From positions 3,968,001 through 4,032,000 of the forward strand of contig OZ252100.1 of NCBI GenBank assembly GCA_965248435.1: 64,000 bases of DNA, in the 5' to 3' direction. The notes under the pieces were generated by a model, which had not been told where the DNA came from, searched no databases, and saw only the letters and a program-made list of their open reading frames with translations. The position numbers and the translations under genes are program-made. Positions 20,330 through 29,147 of this stretch are shown here, one piece after another (positions within the stretch are counted from its first letter, which is position 1; each line of letters begins with the position of its first letter). The stretch is from Candidatus Latescibacterota bacterium. Lineage in GTDB: Bacteria; Latescibacterota; UBA2968; GCA-2709665.

Positions 20330-21670
20330 ATGGCAGACAGCGAACGAGGGATCGTCGAGATCACACGGGGCGGTCCGGATCTGAGGACCCCACCGGATAC
20401 GCCTTCGGGCCGGACGTGGATCTACCAGATTACACACGTTTTTCAGGTGGCGGATGGTTTGGCGGGCGTTTTCTGTAATATTCGCGAAGGAAAGGTGAAG
20501 GGCGTGGATTTCGAGCAGGGGGGCGACGTGATCCTGTTCGACGACCTGTCTCGGGTGAGTGCCGAAGGCGCAGTGCCCGTGACCCGGAATCACGAAGAGG
20601 CGAATCCCAACTCGCACCCACCGGGGAAGCCGGGGAACATGGTAAAGTATCCGACGCACGGCGGTTTTGTGCCGCTGGGCGCGAAGCGGAGCGACGGCTC
20701 GCCTCATCCTCACGAAGGCACCGGGTTCAGCATCAGTCAAGTCATCGCCTGGCGCACGGACGATCCAGGCGAGCCCCCATATGGCCTGGGTTATTTCACC
20801 GGTGAGGAATCTTACGCCTACTTCGAATGCTTCCAGTACGCCTATGACGGCGCATCGTTCCGCGTTGTCAAAACGGAACGCCTTTCACACGAAGACCTCC
20901 TTCCGGGATGGAAGGTGAACGGTCAGGGGATGGCGGTCGCTATTCCGGACGGTGAGGATCTGCTGATGGCCTTTACGGCGACAAATCCGGACGCCGGTCT
21001 CGGGGCAGGTGTGATGCGCTGGCGCCGCAGCGGCGAGGACTGGCGCCCCGTTTCGTTCGTGCAAATCGCACCCAATTCGAGAGAGGCGAGCCTGATACGC
21101 GACCTCGATGGATCGTTCCTCTTTTCCACCCGCGGGGGCCCGGAACCGGACTACAACGATATCTGCGTCTGGCACTCTACGGACGGCGGAGAGACGTGGA
21201 CGAAGGTGATTCACGTTCGCGGCGTGATTTCGAGCGCACCGATCACGCTAAATCGCGCGGCAGATGGGACGCCGTACATCGTGGCCAATCTTTACGAGGT
21301 GTTCGTGCATCCAGCCGATGGGGTCAAGATGAAGGTCGATGCCGAGGGACAGCTGCGCGGAGGCGGGTGGACCCGGAAGACGCTGTGCATCTGGCCGTTG
21401 AACGAAGAACGAACCGGGCTGCTGACGCCGATCATTGCCAGGGACTGCCGGGAGGAATGGGGGCCGCCGCCGGGGGGATCGACGTGGCGGATCGATCATC
21501 CCTCAGGCACGACGGTGAAGCTCGCGGATGGGCAGTGGCACCACATCCTCGGGGCCCGCGTTGTGGAATACGCGGAGTTGACGCACGCAATGGGGCCTAC
21601 GCCTCAGACGGGTGCCTATCTGGAGGAAGTGATTTCGGCCGGGGAGCCGATACCGGCCTGGAATTTCTGA
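20330..21670 (+). CDS. Hypothetical protein, probable beta-propeller (one Asp-box)
   Basis: Long ORF with GGAGG RBS; STDGGETW motif. Confidence 0.65.
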   Translation: MADSERGIVEITRGGPDLRTPPDTPSGRTWIYQITHVFQVADGLAGVFCNIREGKVKGVDFEQGGDVILFDDLSRVSAEGAVPVTRNHEEANPNSHPPGKPGNMVKYPTHGGFVPLGAKRSDGSPHPHEGTGFSISQVIAWRTDDPGEPPYGLGYFTGEESYAYFECFQYAYDGASFRVVKTERLSHEDLLPGWKVNGQGMAVAIPDGEDLLMAFTATNPDAGLGAGVMRWRRSGEDWRPVSFVQIAPNSREASLIRDLDGSFLFSTRGGPEPDYNDICVWHSTDGGETWTKVIHVRGVISSAPITLNRAADGTPYIVANLYEVFVHPADGVKMKVDAEGQLRGGGWTRKTLCIWPLNEERTGLLTPIIARDCREEWGPPPGGSTWRIDHPSGTTVKLADGQWHHILGARVVEYAELTHAMGPTPQTGAYLEEVISAGEPIPAWNF

Positions 21671-21728
21671 CCAAAAAAGGCAAATGGTGTTGACATTGAG
21701 AGAAATCCCCCCTGCCCCCCTTTGTAAA

Positions 21729-22238
21729 GGTTCTTCGCCGAATGTTGGGGTTAGGCCATCAAGCTCTATTTGTAGAACTCGCCAGCTAGCCAGCGTCCCT
21801 GTAACTCAGGAGATGCATAGCTCAAAGCCATCAGGGCCGCGGTGTGCGACTTACCGTGCAACAAGGGGATTTCACCTCCCGGCGGGTTGGTTTTCAGTGA
21901 TCGCGAGCGTGTGGTGAGGATGTGGCCCACCTGCCATGATTGTTTTTTCCACTGAGGGTAAGGTGCCGCGGCCCGAGCCCCCCCGGCGTTTGAGGGGCGC
22001 CTTTCTTTTGCCTACTTTTCTTGTGGCGTGACAAGAAAAGTAGGCCGCCGGAGGCATGGTCTTATTTCTGGTTCTCGCGATACAACCCACCCCGCCCCTT
22101 CGGGGCACCCCTCCCAGGAGGGGACGGATTGTGCAGCCCCGGAGACATCGTCATTGCAGAGCGGAGCAAACGGCTTTGGAGTCAGAGAACATCGTCTCGA
22201 GATACGCCACGCCTTCCCCCGGAAATCGGTGATGAACC
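21729..22238 (+). mobile_element. Non-autonomous ISL3-derived element (510 bp) with structured non-coding cargo
   Basis: Left end GGTTCTTCGCCGAATGTTGGGGT. Right end CGCCACGCCTTCCCCCGGAAATCGGTGATGAACC is almost identical to the ISL3 end at ~9952-9984. No transposase ORF. Confidence 0.85.
21770..22059 (+). ncRNA. Candidate structured RNA inside the ISL3-ended element (copy 1)
   Basis: Nested stems conserved with 31204-31505; 15-bp hairpin at 22010-22045. Expression is not shown. Confidence 0.5.
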
Positions 22239-22406
22239 TTTACAAAGGGGGAGGTTGCTCTTTCTGAAAGAATACCTATCCATGAATAGATTCTTCACCC
22301 TTTGGAAAGGGGGATTGAGGGGGATTTCAAAACGCATCGAATCCTTTTTCCACGACACACCACAGCCCTAAATATTTTCGCCACAGTACGTTAGGAGAAA
22401 CGAATC

Positions 22407-23621
22407 GTGTCTGAGCTGGATGGTCTGCTTCAAACCGCTGAATTCGAACAGAATCCTTATCCTGTCTATCACGAGCTTCGTGAAAGGGACCCTGTCTACT
22501 GGAGCGATCTCTGGGGCTGCTGGGTGCTCACGCGGTATGACGACGTCGTCTCCACGATGCAGGACCACAAGCGTTTTTCGAGCAAGGGTCGATTCACCCG
22601 GGTGATCGAAGGTGAGCTGCCGGAGCCGGTGCTCGAGAAGATCGCGCCGCTCATCCGTCACTATTCCACCGGGCTGATCAACGTGGATCCGCCAGATCAC
22701 ACCCGCATGAGGGCACTCGTGCACAAGGCCTTTTCCCCCCGCGTACTCGAGCGTCTGCGGTCCCACATCCAGGAGATCACGGACGAGCTGTTGGACGAGG
22801 TGCAACCAAGGGGCGAGATGGAGGTGATCCGGGAGTTCGCTTACCCGCTTCCCGTCATCGTGATCGCCGAGCTGATGGGGGTGCCGCAGGAGGACCGAGA
22901 CAGGCTGAAGGGATGGTCTGGGAGGATCATCGAATTCATGGCTACGCCCCGTCCAACGGCTGAGGTAATGCTGCGATCTCAGGAAGCCCTGCTCGAATTG
23001 AGGGAGTATTTCCGCGGTATCTACGACCAGCGCCGAAAGGAGCCTCGCGAGGACCTGATCGGCAATCTCGTAGAAGTGGAAGAGGCGGGCGACAAGCTGA
23101 CGGAAGAAGAGCTGCTGTCCACCTGTGTCACGATCTTGATCGGCGGCCACGAGACGACAACAAACCTGATCTCGAGCGGGCTGTATGCCCTGCTGCAGCA
23201 CCAGGACGCGCTCCTTAAGCTGAAGCGCGATCCGTCGCTGATCGAAACGGCCGTGGAGGAGTTCCTCAGATACGAGGGCCCCTTCCAGCGAAACCGGCGT
23301 GTGGTGATGGAAGATCTGGAACTACGCGGAAGACAGATCCAGAAGGGTCAGCTCGTGTTCCAGCTCGTCGGCGCGGCGAATCGGGACCCGGAAGAGTTTC
23401 CGGATCCCGATCGGTTGGACATCGAGCGCAAGCCGAACCGCCACGTCGCGTTCGGATACGGGGTCCACTTCTGTCTGGGGGCGGCGCTGTCACGGATCGA
23501 GGCCCCGATCGCGATCAACACGATCCTCAATCGCATGCCTGATCTGAAACTCGCGACGGATGCCGTGACCTGGAACAATGCTGTGTTCAGGGGGTTAGAG
23601 GCGCTGCCTGTGGCCTTTTGA
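22407..23621 (+). CDS. Cytochrome P450
   Basis: DPPDHTRMR, GGHETT (I-helix), EEFLRY (ExxR), FGYGVHFCLG heme-ligand loop. Confidence 0.95.
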   Translation: MSELDGLLQTAEFEQNPYPVYHELRERDPVYWSDLWGCWVLTRYDDVVSTMQDHKRFSSKGRFTRVIEGELPEPVLEKIAPLIRHYSTGLINVDPPDHTRMRALVHKAFSPRVLERLRSHIQEITDELLDEVQPRGEMEVIREFAYPLPVIVIAELMGVPQEDRDRLKGWSGRIIEFMATPRPTAEVMLRSQEALLELREYFRGIYDQRRKEPREDLIGNLVEVEEAGDKLTEEELLSTCVTILIGGHETTTNLISSGLYALLQHQDALLKLKRDPSLIETAVEEFLRYEGPFQRNRRVVMEDLELRGRQIQKGQLVFQLVGAANRDPEEFPDPDRLDIERKPNRHVAFGYGVHFCLGAALSRIEAPIAINTILNRMPDLKLATDAVTWNNAVFRGLEALPVAF

Positions 23622-23624
23622 AAG

Positions 23625-23814
23625 GGCCCTCACCCTGCCTCGCGGAGTTTATCCCGAGCCTGTCGAGGGGCTCGGCATCCCTCTCCCATAAATGGGAGAG
23701 GGAAGAAGCATGCTGCGTAACCCTCTCCCCTCTCCCACGTGTGGGTGAGAGTACATACTGATGAAACAGTTATGCGAGCACTGAAACGAGGGAGCGGGGC
23801 CGGGGGTGAGGGCC
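23625..23814. repeat. Palindromic repeat GGCCCTCACCC...CCCTCTCCC-n-GGGAGAGGG...GGGTGAGGGCC
   Basis: Same family as 33692-33763 and 35770-35875; carries extra nested sequence. Confidence 0.8.
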
Positions 23815-23906
23815 TTCAGCAATACCCAATATCTAATAATCAAAGAAGAGGTTACCGTGACACTAGCCGTGAAGAGATGTCAGTTTTCATCACAAGGAGG
23901 ATAACA

Positions 23907-24662
23907 ATGAGCACAGAACCGATCAAACAGGACACAGACGGGAACGGGATTCCAACCTACACGCTGTTTCCTCCGGCGGAAGATCGGCCGAAATATTCTA
24001 CTGAGGTGGAATCGGAGGCGGAGTTTCTGGGAGAAATCCGCGAGCCGCAGGTCTTCGAGACGGAGCACCACGTCTACACGGTTCCGTTCCGATACCGGAA
24101 CGTGAAGGTGGAAAACTTCCTGACACGAGGCGGCGGGAAGGGGATCGAACTGGCCGCGGAGATGGGGGCGATTACGATAGAGGAGGAGAAGCCGATCGTC
24201 TCAGTAACGGTCGTCGGATCGGGATGCTCCGGGAAGAACTACAACATCGTGGAGTGGTGGGGACCCGGAGAGGACATCAATAATTTGCGCAAGCTCCAGA
24301 AACTGGTGAAGAGACAGCGCGTGGACAACATGAACGGGCAACACAATGCCTGGATCCAGACGGCGCTGACCGAGGAGCCGCCTGAGTTCGAGACCGCAGA
24401 GGAGGGCAGAGATTACATCAAGAAGATCCAGAAGATCTTCTACAACATGACGAGCGGCTACAGCGTGCCAGGCAGCGTGATGAGCGGACTGTATGAGAAC
24501 ACGGCCTATTTCAGGATCGGGGACACGTCGCGTCCCGAGAATACGGTCACTCGGGTCGTCATCCGTGGAGGAGGCCTGGACTACGAAGATCCGGGCGGCA
24601 AGATCGCGCGATATCCCGCGGACTACACGTTCAGGCTGATCGATCTTGTTGTCAGAAAATAG
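23907..24662 (+). CDS. Hypothetical protein (251 aa)
   Basis: AAGGAGG RBS before ATG 23907, acidic soluble composition, followed by a terminator. No family recognised. Confidence 0.7.
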   Translation: MSTEPIKQDTDGNGIPTYTLFPPAEDRPKYSTEVESEAEFLGEIREPQVFETEHHVYTVPFRYRNVKVENFLTRGGGKGIELAAEMGAITIEEEKPIVSVTVVGSGCSGKNYNIVEWWGPGEDINNLRKLQKLVKRQRVDNMNGQHNAWIQTALTEEPPEFETAEEGRDYIKKIQKIFYNMTSGYSVPGSVMSGLYENTAYFRIGDTSRPENTVTRVVIRGGGLDYEDPGGKIARYPADYTFRLIDLVVRK

Positions 24663-24697
24663 GAGAGAATCGCTCCTAAAGTAAGACAGAGGGGAAA

Positions 24698-24747
24698 AGA
24701 AATCGCCGGGAGAGGCTGACGCAAACCTCCCGGCGATTTTCTTTTTT
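24698..24747 (+). terminator. Rho-independent terminator
   Basis: AAATCGCCGGGAG...CTCCCGGCGATTT stem followed by TCTTTTTT. Confidence 0.8.
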
Positions 24748-24917
24748 CGCCAACTGTAGATCGAGGATATATTACCTTGCTTCGCACCACAGACACACTC
24801 CGACCTTGTGTGTGATCCCCACCCTGTTGGTCAGCGGAGAGAGTTTCACAACTTGATACTAAACAGCAACTTATATCTTTATCTCTCAGCCCGCCAACTC
24901 TGAGTTTGGGAGAAAAA

Positions 24918-26903
24918 GTGGCATCCAACATCCCTGAAGCGATCCGGCCCAAAACGGAGGTCGCAACTGACCATCCTCCAGAGCGAGTGACACCGCGTGC
25001 GTTCGTTTTGGGGCTCGTGACGATCGTTGCGATGTGCATCTTCTCGGAGAACTATGGGAGAGGCCTAGTAAGAAGCTTCATGCCGATGCCGGCGCTGCTG
25101 ATGTTCATGGTGTGGATCGCGATCAACCTGGTGCTCAAGAGCGCCTACCCGCGCGTCGCGCTGTCCCGCACTGAAGTGCTGACGATCTTCGGCATGGCGT
25201 GGCTGGTCGGCACGCTCCCGGGCCTTGGCCTGGTCGGCTATCTGATGCGCAATGTCGCGGGTCCGGCTTACTACTCGACCCCTGAAGACCGGTTCTGGGA
25301 GGTCGTGGGGTTTTACGTCCCAAGGTTCCTATTGTTCGAACAGGATAACCCGGCCGTAAGGCCCTACTATCTCGGGCTGCGTGCGGGCGAGGTGATTGCC
25401 TGGGAAGCGTGGTTCGTCCGGCTTTACTGGTGGTTCGTGGGGATCTTGAGTGTGGTGATGGCCGGATTCTTCGCAAGCGTGATCTTTTACAGACAGTGGG
25501 CGGACAAAGAGCGACTCGTCTTTCCTCTGGCGACCTTTCCGGTGGAGTTGCTGCAGGAATCAGAGGCGAGTCGATTACCCGACTTTGTCAGGAATCCGGT
25601 CTTTTGGCTCGGGTTTGCCACGACGTTCGGGCTCCTCGCGTGGAACGTGGCGGGTTGGTTCGTTCTCACTTTGCCCCGGATCAGCCTCTATGACCATTAT
25701 ATCTTCAAGAATGTCTTGATTGCCCGGGATTTCCCTCCGTTGAACGTTCGCTTCCACGCCTTCATCATTGGCCTGGCCTATCACTGTCCTCTGAACATCC
25801 TGTTCAACATCTGGTTTTTCTACCTCTTGAATATTTTAAAAGAAGGGATCATGAACAGGACCGGGTTCTCTGTCGGTCTGGAAGGCCAACCCGCCGACCC
25901 AAGAGACATCTTGACGCTGGAGAGCCACGGGGCCCTGGTGGTGCTGGTGCTCTGGTCTGTGTGGGTCGCAAGAGGTCATCTGAAAGAGACGTTTCAAAAG
26001 GCTTTTCTAAGTCGCCGTCACGAGGATGATGGGGCCCCGGTCTCTTATCGAACGGCTTACCTGGGTTTCCTCGGGGCCGCGATCTTTCTACTGGGCTGGC
26101 TGATGGCGGTTGGCTTCAGTCTGCCCGTAGCCCTCCTCCAGATGTCCCTGTTGTTTATCATCTACTTCGCAATGGCGAAGTATGCCGCAGCAACGGGGTT
26201 CATCTTCCTCCGGGTCCCCGGGAGTAAGGGCACGTTGATCCTGAAGTCCATCCTCGGGACGGAGAACTTCTCGTCATCCAACCTGGTGGGTTTTGTGATC
26301 GTGGAGCGAAATTCGTTCGCCGGGGCGACGGCCCGGATGCTGGCGATTCCAGGGATTTGCCACGTGTTTCGAATGCTGGGTAACGCACTCCGACGGCATC
26401 CGCTGATTTCGCTTGCACTTCCTGCCGCGCTGATCACTGGCTACACCGCCCAGTGCTGGACGCACCTCTACAACAGCCACACGGAAGGCGGGATGAACGT
26501 CGCCTTCAGCGGGGCCGGAGCCGCCATGCTGGGCCTGGTACCACAGATAGAGGGGAGCGATCGGACGGTCTTCGATACGGAGAAGCTGATCGTCTGGGGG
26601 GTCGGGGTTGCTGAGGCCGCCCTGTTCATATTGTTGGGAACGCGATTTTCCAGCTGGCCGATTCATCCGGTGGGGTTGGCTTTTCCAACCCGCTACGGGT
26701 TCAGCGTGTTCCTGACCTGGCTGCCGAAGTTCATCATCCTCCGGTTCGGCGGGGTGGCCATGTATCGAAAATCTGTTCCCTTCTTTTATGGCCTCATCGT
26801 CGGGTATATCATGGCCGTTTGGTTCTATGCAATCGTCGACATCATCTTCTTTCCCTTCGTACGCGGATACGGGACCGCTCACGGCCTGCCACATCACTGG
26901 TAA
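24918..26903 (+). CDS. DUF6785/DUF6784-type membrane protein, array copy 1
   Basis: ~660 aa polytopic protein; RQWADKERLVFPL, WPIHPVG, RFGGV..YRK motifs. GTG start after GGGAG. Confidence 0.78.
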   Translation: MASNIPEAIRPKTEVATDHPPERVTPRAFVLGLVTIVAMCIFSENYGRGLVRSFMPMPALLMFMVWIAINLVLKSAYPRVALSRTEVLTIFGMAWLVGTLPGLGLVGYLMRNVAGPAYYSTPEDRFWEVVGFYVPRFLLFEQDNPAVRPYYLGLRAGEVIAWEAWFVRLYWWFVGILSVVMAGFFASVIFYRQWADKERLVFPLATFPVELLQESEASRLPDFVRNPVFWLGFATTFGLLAWNVAGWFVLTLPRISLYDHYIFKNVLIARDFPPLNVRFHAFIIGLAYHCPLNILFNIWFFYLLNILKEGIMNRTGFSVGLEGQPADPRDILTLESHGALVVLVLWSVWVARGHLKETFQKAFLSRRHEDDGAPVSYRTAYLGFLGAAIFLLGWLMAVGFSLPVALLQMSLLFIIYFAMAKYAAATGFIFLRVPGSKGTLILKSILGTENFSSSNLVGFVIVERNSFAGATARMLAIPGICHVFRMLGNALRRHPLISLALPAALITGYTAQCWTHLYNSHTEGGMNVAFSGAGAAMLGLVPQIEGSDRTVFDTEKLIVWGVGVAEAALFILLGTRFSSWPIHPVGLAFPTRYGFSVFLTWLPKFIILRFGGVAMYRKSVPFFYGLIVGYIMAVWFYAIVDIIFFPFVRGYGTAHGLPHHW

Positions 26904-26907
26904 AAGG

Positions 26908-27035
26908 CCGGGTACCGGGTACCGTAAAACACAGAATTCTAAAAGTCATGATTTTTGTTGGTTTTCGAACCCCGGTACCCTGTACCCGGTACCCGGATTT
27001 CAAGGGGTAAATTGGAATCGAGCATTGCACATAGG
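26908..27035. repeat. Intergenic element with inverted (CGGGTAC)n / (GTACCCG)n heptamer arms
   Basis: Near-identical to 29021-29147. Partial copies near 31678-31738, 37878-37906, 18100 and 43424. Confidence 0.8.
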
Positions 27036-28994
27036 GAGATGCATCCCGAGACGGACACCGTTCCAGGGCGACCTCGGGAGCGGGTGACAGGCCGGGCCTT
27101 CGTGCTCGGCCTGATCACGATTGTGGCCATGTGTCTCTTAAGCGAGAACTATGGTAGGGGCCTGATCAGAAGCAATATGCCCGTTCCGGCGCTGCTCATG
27201 TTTACGCTTTGGTTCGGGATCTACATTCTGCTCAAGTTGACTCTTCCACGGCTGGCACTGTCCCAAACCGAGCTTTTGACCATTTTCGGGATGGCCTGGC
27301 TCGTCGGGACGCTGCCGGGCCTCGGTGTGGTGGGCTACTTGATGTTCGAGGTCACGGCTCCGGCCTATTTCTCGACGCCCGAGGACCGGTTCTGGGAGGT
27401 GGTGGGGCTCTATCTACCCAGATTCCTTTTGTTCGATCAGGGTAACCCGGCCGTGGCGACCTACTACCTCGGACTTCGCCCGGGAGAGGCGATTGTCTGG
27501 AGCGAGTGGTTTTTTCGGCTCTACTGGTGGTTTGTCGGGCTCTCGAGTCTGGCGCTGGCGGGGTTTTTTGCCAGTGTCGTCTTCTACAGGCAGTGGGCGG
27601 ATAAGGAGCGGCTCGTGTTTCCGCTGGCGACCTTTCCGGTCGAGCTCCTTAAGGAATCCGCGGGGAATCGACTGCCTGATGTGCTCAGAAACCTGGTGTT
27701 CTGGGCGGGGTTTGCTTTTACGTTCGGGATTCTCGCGTGGAATGTGGCGAGGTACTTCATCCTTGACCTACCCCGAATCACCTTGTTCGATCATGAGACC
27801 TTTAAGAACATCACTCTCGCTCGAGACTTTCCGCCCCTCAATGTGCGCGTTCACCCATTTATCATCGGACTGGCCTATCATGCTCCCCTAAACATCCTGT
27901 TCAACATCTGGTTTTTCTATGTTCTGAATATTTTGAAAATAGGACTGATGAATGTAACCGGATTCTCTGTCGGCCTCGAAGGCCAACCGGCAGCGCCAAG
28001 AGATATCACGACGTTGGAGAGTCACGGCGCGCTCGTAGTCCTTGTGATCTGGTCTGTGTGGATCGGAAGGGGCCATCTGAGGGAGACGTTCCAGAAGGCC
28101 TTCTTTTTCCGTCGTGCCGAAGACGACGGTGCTCCAGTGACCTACCGAACGGCCTACCTCGGTTTTGTCTGCGCTGCCATTTTTCTGTTGGGATGGCTAG
28201 TGTCGACCGGGTTCAGCCTGCCGTTTGCCCTTCTGCAAATGGCCCTGCTTTTCGTTATCTACTTCGGGACGGCAAAATATCTCGCGGCCACCGGGTTCAT
28301 CTCCCTGAGGGTTCCGGGGAACAAAGGCGCCGTGATTCTTCGGTCCATTATCGGGATTAGAAATCTCTCCCCGTCCAACCTTGTGGGCGTGAAGATGGTC
28401 GATATAAATGGCTTCGCGGGCACGACCTCCCGGATGCTGTCGATTCCCGGGATCCCGCACCTTTTTCGTATGCTCGGGACGGCTTTGAAGCGGCATCCCC
28501 TGATTTCACTCGCGCTGCCTGCGGCACTCATCACCGGTTTCACCGCCCAGTGTTGGGCACATCTAGACCTCAGCCACAGGGAAGGCGGCATGAATGTCGC
28601 CTTCACCGGGATGCGAATGCTGGACCTGGTCTCTCAAATCGGCGGGAGCGGCCAGTCTACCTTCGATGTCCAGAAGCTGCTCGTCTGGATCGTGGGGGCG
28701 GCTGAAGCCTGTCTGTTCACCTTCCTTGGGACGAGGTTCACAGGATGGCCGATTCATCCCGTGGGCCTGGCCTTCCCCACCTACTACGGATTCAGCGTTT
28801 TCCTCGTCTGGCTGCCCAAGATCATCATCCTTAGACTCGGCGGGGTGCTGCTCTATCGCAGGTCGGTTCCCTTCTTTTATGGGATGATCGTCGGGTACCT
28901 AGTGGGTATCTTGTACGCGGCCGCTGTGGATATCATTTTCTTTCCCTCCGTCCGCGGATATGGGACCTTCCACGGCTTGCCTCACCATGACTAA
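27012..28994 (+). CDS. DUF6785/DUF6784-type membrane protein, array copy 2
   Basis: Paralog. TTG start inferred from the MESS N-terminus of copies 4-6 and a GGGGT RBS. Confidence 0.78.
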   Translation: MESSIAHREMHPETDTVPGRPRERVTGRAFVLGLITIVAMCLLSENYGRGLIRSNMPVPALLMFTLWFGIYILLKLTLPRLALSQTELLTIFGMAWLVGTLPGLGVVGYLMFEVTAPAYFSTPEDRFWEVVGLYLPRFLLFDQGNPAVATYYLGLRPGEAIVWSEWFFRLYWWFVGLSSLALAGFFASVVFYRQWADKERLVFPLATFPVELLKESAGNRLPDVLRNLVFWAGFAFTFGILAWNVARYFILDLPRITLFDHETFKNITLARDFPPLNVRVHPFIIGLAYHAPLNILFNIWFFYVLNILKIGLMNVTGFSVGLEGQPAAPRDITTLESHGALVVLVIWSVWIGRGHLRETFQKAFFFRRAEDDGAPVTYRTAYLGFVCAAIFLLGWLVSTGFSLPFALLQMALLFVIYFGTAKYLAATGFISLRVPGNKGAVILRSIIGIRNLSPSNLVGVKMVDINGFAGTTSRMLSIPGIPHLFRMLGTALKRHPLISLALPAALITGFTAQCWAHLDLSHREGGMNVAFTGMRMLDLVSQIGGSGQSTFDVQKLLVWIVGAAEACLFTFLGTRFTGWPIHPVGLAFPTYYGFSVFLVWLPKIIILRLGGVLLYRRSVPFFYGMIVGYLVGILYAAAVDIIFFPSVRGYGTFHGLPHHD

Positions 28995-29020
28995 CGAGCG
29001 CGTACCGGGAAACCAAAACA

Positions 29021-29147
29021 CGGGTACCGGGTACCGTAAAAGACAGAATTTTAAGAGTCAGGATTTTTGTTGGTTTTCGAACCCCGGTACCCTGTACCCG
29101 GTACCCGGATTTCAAGGGGTAAATTGGAATCGAGCATTGCACATAGG
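29021..29147. repeat. Second copy of the heptamer-armed intergenic element and leader
   Basis: Direct repeat of 26908-27035. Confidence 0.8.

Larger units (their letters stand above)
21703..22327. repeat. REP-like hairpin doublet interrupted by a non-autonomous ISL3-ended element
   Basis: Same family as 8569-10011; here the insertion is in the left hairpin. Confidence 0.85.

Noticed and set aside
21770-22059. Group I or group II intron identity for the structured cargo (contains GTGCG)
   Set aside because: No domain V or P7-type consensus recognised; the boundaries are IS-type IRs with 8-bp target flanks.
21872-22108. Short minus-strand ORFs (also 31199-31480 and 31318-31575) as a conserved peptide
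   Set aside because: Similarity follows from the repeat DNA, and the frames and ends differ between the two copies.
23740-23795. Hammerhead ribozyme (CTGATGA ... GAAAC)
   Set aside because: Stem II does not close next to the core, and no stem I/III with a valid NUH site could be built.
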